This document shows positions 54,123-64,000 of a stretch of 64,000 nucleotides of DNA, in pieces. The notes under the pieces were generated by a model that saw only the letters and a program-made list of their open reading frames with translations, had not been told where the DNA came from and did not search any database. Made by a program: the position numbers and the translations under genes. The DNA comes from Octopus sinensis (Eukaryota), in assembly GCF_006345805.1 (NCBI RefSeq), contig NC_042998.1, forward strand, positions 73,904,001 through 73,968,000, in the 5' to 3' direction. Position 1 is the first letter of the stretch. Each line of letters starts with the position of its first letter.

Positions 54123-54540
54123 AGGATCTTTTCGATTTGAACGGCAGTTTTTAACATAATTTCTAGGTAACTAAAAAATTTTAAACTTCGTATACTGGTA
54201 GAATGTGTTTATAAAACATCTTTTTCTCTTGGCTTTATTGAGAAAATTCTATAGTTTGTAAGATATTTGTTGGTTTTTTTCTACAATTTCTGCAATTTCA
54301 ACCAATCACTGACGTCTATTGAGGTAAAAAAAAAAAACATTTTGTGCCGTATGAATATGTCCCTCGTTTAAGAAACAGATTGGGTTTATTCACATTTGTG
54401 AAGAAAAAAAGATACCCTTCCCCCCACCCCTAACCCTAAAACAGATTGAAATGCAATAGATCGACACTAGGGTCATAATTATAGATGACAATTTCATATG
54501 ACACAGCTAAAAAAACTGCCGTTCAAACCGAAAAGATCCT
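54123..54540. mobile_element. 418-bp MITE with 30-bp TIRs and 6-bp TSD, inserted in an S2 SINE
   Basis: TIR AGGATCTTTTCG(A/G)TTTGAACGGCAGTTTTT; TSD GGTCCG at 54117-54122 and 54541-54546; internal CCCTAACCCTAA. Confidence 0.88.
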
Positions 54541-55194
54541 GGTCCGATGTTCTGACAGTCTACAAATACACAGCCCTGGCTTAGTGTTTATTTTATCCAC
54601 TCCAAAATAGATAAAAGGCAAAATTGGCATCGGCGGGATCTGAACTCAGAGCGCAGAGTTCGGAACAAAAACAGTGATGCTTTTTATCTGACGATCTAGC
54701 AACGCTGCTGTTTCGCTGGCAAAAGAAAACGATTCATGACGTCATGTGTCGCTGTGAATGAATTCAGTGATTACATAAGTGGAAATAAAGAATTACTTAA
54801 CAATATGTGTAAAAGTAATCTCAGAGCTAATAGAAGGTGTTAGATTTTAATGTAAATAACTGTCTCCTCATACACAGTTATGAATAAATAGGCGCCAGTA
54901 ACTGAAAGGGGTTAGTGAACGGGTAATTACTACTCGGTTCATCATCATCGTTTAACTATGGATAACGGCAACAGCCATGGGTGTCTTAGTAGCATTACAG
55001 GCCCCCGAGAAATTCAATATATTGAGTTCTATAGTGTTTACTCACATCAAACTCAGCTTACGTAGATCTGAATTTGACTTGTGAGGCTCTCTGGACAACT
55101 GCCCAGTGTGTCCATTGTATCCATACCATAAAGTGGTGCGGGCAACAACGAGATATAGAATTGAATCATTATAAATGCTGTTAACATTAAGGCT

Positions 55195-55870
55195 ACGAGA
55201 GTGGTGAGCTGGCAAAATCGTTTAGCTCGCCAGGCAAAATGCTTAGCAGCATTTCGCCCGTCTTTATCCGTTCTGAGTTCAAATGCTGTCGGGGTCGACT
55301 ATGCGTCTCATCCTTTCGGGGTCAATAAAATAAGTACCAGTTGAAAATTGGGGTCGATGTAATCTACTTATCCCCTACTTCGAACTTGCTGGTCTTGAGC
55401 CAAAATTTCAAACCAATATTAAATATTTGAGTAAGGCAGCGAACTGGCAGAATCGTTAAATACACCTGGCAAAATGTTTAGCGACATTTTGTCCGTCTTT
55501 ATACGTTCCAAGTTCTATTTCTGCCGAGGTCGACTCTGCCTGTCATCCTATCGGGGTCGATAACATAAGTACCTGTTGAACACTGAGATCGATGTAATCA
55601 ACTTAGCCCCTCCCCTGAAATGCTGGCCTCGAGCCAAAAGGTGAAACCAATTTTGAGGTTGCGAGCTGGAAGATTCGTTAGCACATCGGACAAAATACTT
55701 AGCGGCATTTTTTCGGTCTCACGTTCTGAGTTCAAATTCCGCCGAGGTCGACTTTGCCTTTCATCTTTTCGGAGTCGATGAAATAAGTACCATTTGAGCG
55801 TCGAGTCCGATGCAATCGTCTAGTTCCCTGTTCTAAAATTCCAGGCTTTGTGTCGATAGTAGAAAGATCA
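55195..55870 (+). mobile_element. Three head-to-tail S2 SINEs (~230-bp period)
   Basis: GAGCTGGCA..CGTTA heads at about 55205, 55440 and 55665, each followed by the GTCGAT..AATAAGTACC core. Confidence 0.85.
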
Positions 55871-56517
55871 TTACTCTTATTATTTACTTTTGCACAAGTT
55901 GCATGCAATTTTCTGACCTACTTGCGACGTGTTTGTCTTCGCGTGGTCAGACTTTACTGTAGAAGCGGCTGTTGGTGTAGGAAACCCCAGAGTAACCGAC
56001 CACGGGACTGGCCAGTGTGAAATACGTGTGTGTGTGTGGTGTGTGTGTGTGTGTGTGAAAGATTTGTGAGATGGAGAGGAATAAAGTAGTAGAGATGAAG
56101 CTATCAATATAAATCTATGGTTATGATATTCCATTCTGCTATCTTTAGTAGTTTCAGTCATTAGACTGCGGCAATGCTGGAGCACCGCCTTGAGGTGTTT
56201 TAGTCGCACGAATTGACCCCAGTACTCGTGTATTTTATGGTGCAAAAACAGACACATAACTCTCAACCTAAAAGCTACCTGTCAGTATATTTGTGTGGAG
56301 TTAACGAGCACGTGTATATTTATATATATTACCTGGCTAACTTTCCTGAATACATCCGTAGAACAGAGAAAATAAAAAGATTAAAAAAAAACAAATCTTT
56401 CCTTAACACACGTAAAAACTATTCAACTAAATTTATCCATAAATCTAAATTCTCTCTGGTCTCTTAAATACTTCATCACAGCAAAATTTCAGCAAATTTC
56501 AGCACATTTTATTCCAG

Positions 56518-56720
56518 ATAAACAGATTCTAAAGAAGCAGCGGCGACAGCAGCAGCTGCAGCAGCTGGAGAGGGGAGAGGGGAGAGGCGGAGGAATAGAA
56601 TTAGCAACAACGGTAGCAAGCACAGAAAATGTAGATGGGAACTCGTTGTCAATAGCAACAGTAACAATAGCAACGACGATTGCAAGAACGGCAAACAACA
56701 ACAGCAACAACGAAGACTAA
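56518..56720 (+). CDS. Possible terminal coding exon of an unidentified host gene
   Basis: Acceptor-like TTTTATTCCAG at 56507-56517, then an open frame KQILKKQRRQQQLQQLERGEGRGGG...NNNSNNED ending TAA at 56718-56720. Low complexity could keep the frame open by chance. Confidence 0.25.
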
Positions 56721-56807
56721 CATTATAATACAGTACTAATACGTACTCTGCTTTGTTTATAAACCCTATACGGTATAATACATTTACTACTGACTAAAAT
56801 ATATACT

Positions 56808-57110
56808 GTGGAGGCGCAAATGGCAGCGGACTCGCCGTCGGAGGATCGCGGTTTCGATTCCCAGACCGGGCGTTGTGTGTGTTTGTTGAGCGAAAACACC
56901 TAAAAGCTCCCCAAGGCTCCCCAAGCAGGGGTTGGTGGAAACCCTTGTTGTACTCTTTCCCCACAACTTTCTCTCACTCTCTCTCTTCCTGTTTCTTGAG
57001 TAACGCTGCGATGGACTGGCGTCCCGTCCAGCTGGGTGGGGGGGACACATACGCCAGAGAAACCGGGAAACCTGGCCCATGTGCTTGGTTAGGCTTGAGA
57101 AGGGCGACGT
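56808..57110 (+). mobile_element. SINE group S3 (GATGGACTGGCGTCCCGTCCAG tail type)
   Basis: Head GGAGGCGCAA, B-box TTTCGATTCC; tail related to 42320-42410 and 17990-18080. Confidence 0.85.
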
Positions 57111-57442
57111 TTATCGTTTTAAAACATATACTGCATTGTATAATATACACACTGCACAATATTATATATCATCATCATCATCATCATCATCATATATAAT
57201 TACACTATTGAATATTCACTATTAATGTATGATTGTTGTATATGCAACACGTATTGCTTTCTATACTATATACACTATTAATATATATCCTGCACAGTAT
57301 AATATATTGACAACTAACACACACACATGCACACACACACACAAATACACACACACACTCACAAATGCACACACGCACATAGACACACACACACACATAG
57401 ACACACACACACTTATATACACACATATATATGTATGTACGT

Positions 57443-57669
<227 letters not shown>

Positions 57670-58555
57670 TACCGCATACACACTATTGTACATATGATAT
57701 ATTATTAATATATCTTGCTTTGTGTAATATATACACAACTTATATATATTATATATATATATATGTCTCCCCTTCGTAAATGTATATAAGGACACAGGGA
57801 AAAATGTGTCAAAGCCATCAGGAGGCGTCGATGCTTCCTAGGGCTATACAGCGGTGGTGTACCCCCCCCCCCTACTGTCACGTTCGTGTTAGATTGACAG
57901 TATACAACCATTCTATATATCTATATATACATATATATATACTACGTTATATAATATATATACATTGCTAATGTGTAGACTATTGTATTATATATATATA
58001 TAAAGCAGCAAAAGTGACAAAAATATTAAGGGTGGGAGACAGAGAGCCAAAAGAGACAGTTGTGGATAACAGCAATATTAGTAAAAATAAGAAGTGTATG
58101 ATAGCATAGATATCAGCTACAGCAGTAGCACAAAGGCACAACAAGTGCAGCAGTGGTGGTGGTGGTGGTGGTGGTGGTGGTGGTATTAGCCAGCGCCTGT
58201 AGTAGTGTCTCTAGACAACTTCCTGCGGTAGAGTACTAAACATGCACATCAGGCAACTGTTTAAGAAAACCTTACACAACTTCCGGTCTGGTCTCTGGGA
58301 TTTCCTCCTTACCCCCAGACACACCGTGTTGTTTAGGACAGTTGCTACCCACCGACTTCAAGACATAAATAATATAGCCGGCCCACCTCCACCAACACAC
58401 GCACACATAAATCCACACTGCTGGGAAGTCATACGACACACTTATATTCACACATACACAAATACATAATATTCATACAGACATGCACGCACATACACGC
58501 ACACACACATAAATCTACCCCCTTTCATCAGGGTTTTGCGAACATACATACGTGA

Positions 58556-58607
<52 letters not shown>

Positions 58608-59089
58608 ACACACACATACACACACACATACACTCTCTGGTACTATATACACACATATACATATGCAGGCTTTACGTGCGCGCGCACGCACACACACATA
58701 TACACAAACACACACACAAGGCAAAACACGCATGCATTGGTAACATACCCACTTAAACACATACACATGTATACATACCACGTCATGGGCACACGCACAT
58801 ACATACATTCATAAATACACACACACACGCACACACGCACATACACACACTCACACACACACACACAAACGAACATGCAGACAAGTCTACACCAACTGCC
58901 TCTGGTTTTCGTGAACCCAAATTTATTCTCTCGTCGAATAAATTTCCCTTGGTAATATATTTTAGAAAAAGATTGATGAAATGTGTGACTACAATGCATA
59001 TGTACGTGTATATGGGTGGTACGCATACATACTTATTTGTGTTTGTGTGTGTGTTTATATATATATATACACACATATACATATGTATG

Positions 59090-59127
<38 letters not shown>

Positions 59128-59294
59128 TACATATGTACATATATACACATATATATATATGAATATTAATATATATGCATGTATGTGTGTCCGCATGTAT
59201 GTACTCTTTCACACACATACATTCATATATATATATAATCACACATATATAATTATATATATATGTATATATATATACATATATACATATTAAC

Positions 59295-59338
<44 letters not shown>

Positions 59339-59365
59339 TATATATATACATATATACATATATAC

Positions 59366-59415
<50 letters not shown>

Positions 59416-60790
59416 CAACACACACTCACACACATAGAAAGAGGTTAAGATGGGGAAAGTAGTATACATACATACAAAGAAACATACATACATACATATA
59501 CGTATGTGAGTGTGTCTATATCCTTGTTTGTATACTGTGTATCTCTGTGCTGTGTGTGTATACGTGTATGAGTGTGTATGTGTACGTGCGCACACACGTT
59601 TGTGAATAAGATCAAACAGTCAGTGGGTGTTTTTTTTTTTTTTCGTTTTTGTTTTGTTTTTTTTTTCGAATTGAGACCTAAAAGATGTTGCTCCGTCAAC
59701 CCAACCGCCAGGGAGTTCATTTGAGACAGAAGAAGTGTACCCTCTGAACTGCTGTGTCAAGAGTTTTATTTAATAAATTCAAAAAGCTCCCTACAAAAAA
59801 ATCTCGAATATGCTGACATTTCACCTTATCTCCAACGTTGCCTTCATCACATTCCTCTCAGATGCGGCAAAATATTTCAGTTTTGCTATTAAAAAATTGA
59901 GAATCAGAAAATACGATTCACTTCAAAAGTGTCCTCACAACATTTTCTTGTCTTTTACCAGTCTTTGAAGGATTCCAGAAGTTACCATTATAAGAAATAG
60001 AGAATCGGTTTATAAAAGGAACTTCAAAAGAGAGCAGGGCAGGCTTTTGTTGTTGCTCTTATTTAGATCTAGCGGTGGCCTTCTCGTTTTATTTCTATAA
60101 ATACCTACAAATCTGCGTTATCTTCTGTTATATTATTAGTAAAAACGTTGGCTATGATTTCAGAGCGATTTAACTTCTATTTCTAAAGACGGGATTTCTT
60201 TGTAAGATCGAGATAAAACTATTAAGATTTGTGTAATGAAACATTGGAAAATACTAATGTGAGTTTATTTTTCCCCTTATTACTGAGACAGTTTGAGGCG
60301 AAATAAAAAGAAATTAATCCTGTTAAAGATTAGAATTATCTAACGAACATATTTTTCTCTCTGGTGTTGGGGCGTTTTTAAATTATCATAGAAATGAAAT
60401 AAGTTGATCTTAAGTGCGCGTCTTTTGCAGATAAAAATGAAACATTATTTACATTATTTACACTTTGTGTCGATTCCCTCGAAGTAGTTTAATAGAGATA
60501 ATTTAGAGTGAAGTTCCTTGTTGGAGGATACATCAGATTTGAACAGACAATTGCGATTTTGCCACCTGTAAGAAACAGCAGCTAACTCAACCTGCAAAAT
60601 GATACGCTATCTTTTTAAAGGAGAACGACACACTGGACTTACTAGATGTACAAAAATACGGTATGGTCGCAAATGAAACGCTTTTGATACACAACAGGTC
60701 TGACTTAATTAGGGTCTAATTAGTCAAGTACGTGTTTTTTTTTTTCAGGTCTGGACAAGACTAATACAGTTCTATATTTAAGAGATGAAG

Positions 60791-60963
60791 AATTTTGTAC
60801 ATTATTTACAATATTTACATTCGACGGATATTTGTCCTCATCTTGTTTGTTGTTAACACAACGTTTTGGCTGAGGGTATATCAGCCGAAACGTTGTGTTA
60901 ACAACAAACAAGATGAGGACAAATATCCGTCGAATGTAAATAATGTAAATAATGCACAAAATT
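60791..60963. repeat. Fold-back of the Penelope pseudo-LTR centred on hammerhead stem II (83-bp arms)
   Basis: Arms match the 40255-40320 sequence; apex GGCTGA-GGGTATA-TCAGCC; right arm carries GAAACGTTGTGTT. Confidence 0.92.
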
Positions 60964-61149
60964 TGGTTTGTATTTTTTTTTTATAAGACTGACCATTCCT
61001 TATGAATACAAGTCTTCCCTCTTTGCAATAATGAAGGAAAGGCTGTCAACTTGTTGCAGATGTTACAGTTAGAATCTTCTAACAGGCCAGTCAATAAACT
61101 ACCCTGAATTAGAACTCAATTTATCAAACCCGTAAAGATCAAACTATAC

Positions 61150-61600
61150 GATTCGGTTCTTGTTGCTGTGTCGTAGTTTGTGTGCCTCATACCCCTGGGA
61201 GCTTTGTCAGCGGAGTGCAAGCTCCATGTAAAGCCTTCCATGCTGGACAGGTCAAAGGTTGGAGGCCAGACTAATATGGGTCGGCTCTTCCCAAAGGTAA
61301 AAATGGATTTGCATGGGGCCAATATACCTATCTAGGAAAACAATATCGTTACAGAAGCATCGATAATTTAAAACCAACAAGACCAGACAGAGGAAGACAT
61401 TCTCCGAGGGAGACATACGACCTAAAACTCACAGGGGCGATGGAAGAGAGGACGCTCTAAAAATAGCTGGAGAAGGGATGTTGAGGCGGAGCTGGGAAAG
61501 CAAGGGTCCAACTGGAAAGAAACAGAAAGGAAAGACAGCGTCAAGAAAAGTAGAGAAAAGTGTTCGATGGGCTATGCTCCATCGGGAGCGAAGGGCTTAA
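61150..61600 (+). mobile_element. RTE-clade LINE remnant (5' UTR-like part joined to ORF C-terminus)
   Basis: QGRWKRGRSKNSWRRDVEAELGKQGSNWKETERK...DGLCSIGSEGL is the typical RTE C-terminus. Confidence 0.7.
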
Positions 61601-62377
61601 TGAAAAGAGCAAAAGCAAAATTGCTCTCAGCAGGATTTTAGCTCTGACTGCAGAGAGTCGGAATAAACACTACGAGATATTCTCTCCAACGCTTGTTCTA
61701 ACGACTCTGCCAATTCGCTGTCTTAATGCTGGCCGAGCGGCAAGCAAAAACAACTCGATTATTTTGACCCTGTATATTCACCAATGCATTAATATTTCCT
61801 ACTAAAAATACCCAGATGATATAGAACCCTTCAGCTTTATTCCAGTTCACGGTCAATACTTTCCTTTCCTTACTTCTACAACACAACACATTTTTCTTCT
61901 CTATCTCGGGAAACTGCTGCAGATCTGGGTTTACATCTGTTAGAAGTTTTAACTGGAGGTTTTAAAAGATATTTCTTTAATATTTCCGTTGAAACAGCTC
62001 TTTGAAAGGACGAGACTAGATATTACTTTTCCAATAGAATGTCTCTAAGAAAGATAATAATTCACTGATGTTTTCTCTGGATGCTGCAGATTACAAGATC
62101 AATGTTCTTGTCACAAACTTCTCGCTACTCACTATATTTCTTATCACAGTGAAAAATTTAGAAACTTTTTGTTTTTTCTTCATTCATATCAAAGTTTTGT
62201 GTCCATATGTCTGTGTCTATAAATACTGCCTCACACTTCCCCTATGTATAAGTGTTCTCTCTCTTATCTACGTGTTCTACATACACTCTCATTCTCTCCC
62301 TCTACAGATATAATCTATAAGTGCCAATGCACAAAACTCTCAGCTCTTGAATCAGTTTGTAACTTCTGCTGGTTTAA

Positions 62378-62482
<105 letters not shown>

Positions 62483-62744
62483 ACACACACACATGTACAA
62501 TGCGTGTTTATATACTTCTAGCCTGCAATACACATTGACAGTTGCTTTCCTGAATCGTGATACCCGAAGCCAGGTTAAGATGATGATATATATATACTCT
62601 CTTGCTCTCCTGATAAACGTAGGTATGTCTCAGTCGAAATAGTAAAATAATGTAATTTTGAAACACTTTTAAAGTAACGACTTTAAAAATGGTGTGACTC
62701 TACGAAGAAGTGATATGACTCTACGAGGAAGTGATGTAAATCTA

Positions 62745-62962
62745 CGAGCAGGTGCTGAAAAGTTCCTAGCTTTAAGGGTGTCGCGAAAGGCCTTGTTGGA
62801 GGCACAAACTTCTGAGATCTTTTACAGGGCTTTGAAAAACTGTAGAATTGCTACAATAAGTGTGCGAATCTGAGGAAGAGAATTTAGTGAATAAAAATCA
62901 TAATTAACTGATCCTCCTGTATTTTCTTTCATCTAAAGGTGGGAACTTTTCAGCACCCCTCG
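62745..62962. mobile_element. Mariner-derived MITE (218 bp)
   Basis: TA flanks; TIRs CGAG(CA/G)GGTGCTGAAAAGTTCC; interior resembles the transposase C-terminal remnant. Confidence 0.8.
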
Positions 62963-63250
62963 TACACTAAGAGAAGTGTCAAATTTACTGTGACGTACCA
63001 GTCAACTTGACGTGTCCGTATCTATTATGTTTTTATGATGTCTATATCCACTCAGTCACTCAATCCCATCAAAGCCCAAAACAATCCTGTTTCCTTATGG
63101 AAAACCATTCTGAAATTAATCAATAAGTTATGTCCTCCTCTGAAAACCTAAGAGAGTGTGTCTCCTTTGAAAACCTAGGAGAATGTATCTCACTGAAATT
63201 TACCCCAACGCAGAGGTATATTTCAACGAGGTACACACACCACACACACA

Positions 63251-63317
<67 letters not shown>

Positions 63318-63379
63318 TCTCTCTTGCTCATACTAGTAGTGAATCTTAATCATTTTGCTGATGAAATATGAACTGTATA

Positions 63380-63780
63380 TGTTTGACCTCATGGTATACC
63401 TTGGTCGTGGACGATCAGAAGAAATATGTGAAAAACTTGGAATATATATAGAAAAGCTTTGATTTGATGATGACATTCTTAAAGAAAAAAGAAACAAAGA
63501 CTAACCAAAATAAATATTCCTGGATACAAGCTGTCTCTATTGATATCTCTGTTAACAGCCTGATTATTTCTACGATATCCAACAAGGAATACCTCAGGTA
63601 TTTAGAGATAGACGAGAATATATTCTATGGTGGATCTTGTAACTAAGAACACGTAACGAGGGAATATTACCCTCGGATGAAAATGCCTGGTCCTCAGAAT
63701 CCTTTCCATGCGCAAATCAGTGATCCAAGATGTTTGTTGTTCCTATATTCATACAGACATTTGCGCTACTCGATAAAGTA
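63380..63780 (+). mobile_element. Degraded R4/Dong-like RT fragment
   Basis: EYLRYLEIDENIFYGG..N.EHVTREYY resembles the YKYLGIDEN...KERV.KEYY RT C-terminal motif. Confidence 0.5.
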
Positions 63781-63848
63781 TATTTATATATTCCAGCACA
63801 TGGAATATAGGCGAAACATTTACATTAAACAATTGCAGCGAGGAAGGT

Positions 63849-64000
63849 GTTTGTAAGCCATTTAAGAAACACACAAAAGCACGGATTTTTGTCAGTGAAC
63901 AGGTCGCGGTCTTAAAGCGACGAAAATATTTTGACAAATTAAACTTAAATGTTGAAGTGAATCGAACGGCTTTTGTGTGTTTCTTAAATGGCTTACAAAC
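63849..64000. repeat. Fold-back element (at least 32-bp arms, runs off the window) enclosing a hammerhead
   Basis: GTTTGTAAGCCATTTAAGAAACACACAAAAGC at 63849-63880 and its exact reverse complement at 63969-64000. Confidence 0.88.
63888..63938 (+). ncRNA. Complete minimal type I hammerhead with swapped G3-C8 core (UUU triplet)
   Basis: UUUGUCA (stem I) GUGAACA G GUCGC-GGUCUUAAA-GCGAC GAAA AUAU U U / UGACAAA. 7-bp stem I, 5-bp stem II, palindromic stem III AAUAUU; predicted cleavage after 63931. Confidence 0.82.

Noticed and set aside
54420-54440. Interstitial telomere
   Set aside because: Only two CCCTAA units, inside a MITE.
56489-56710. Minus-strand ORF resembling a signal peptide plus Cys-rich secreted peptide
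   Set aside because: The hydrophobic and Cys runs are the antisense reading of AAC/GCA/CAG repeats.

Overview
This is AT-rich, microsatellite-dense eukaryotic DNA. Its SINE families and (TA)n/(CA)n/(TACA)n/(TAGA)n load look like an Octopus-type cephalopod genome; that assignment is from recognition, not a database search. No intact host gene is identifiable, and most listed ORFs are translations of simple repeats. Recognisable coding relics are all from mobile elements: a Helitron with a deleted Rep domain and an intact PIF1-helicase frame (8463-12729), non-autonomous Helitrons (one composite that captured a mariner fragment), a full-length mariner, an internally deleted Tc1, RTE and R4/Dong-like LINE fragments, and a Penelope-like (GIY-YIG) remnant. 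There are also three tRNA-derived SINE groups, small MITEs and a tRNA-Asp pseudogene. The main signal is non-coding: nine complete or partial type-I hammerhead ribozyme motifs in at least six sequence-unrelated element families. Wherever stem III can be read it is palindromic or one base from it (dimer type). The tertiary 3-8 core pair occurs as C3-G8, G3-C8, U3-A8 and U3.G8. The motifs sit in a (TA)n-embedded retrozyme-like unit, in a Penelope 3' cassette behind a tRNA-like Pol III head, and in four head-to-head fold-backs whose apex lies at or just 5' of the ribozyme. All folds were derived by hand, and ribozyme activity is untested.
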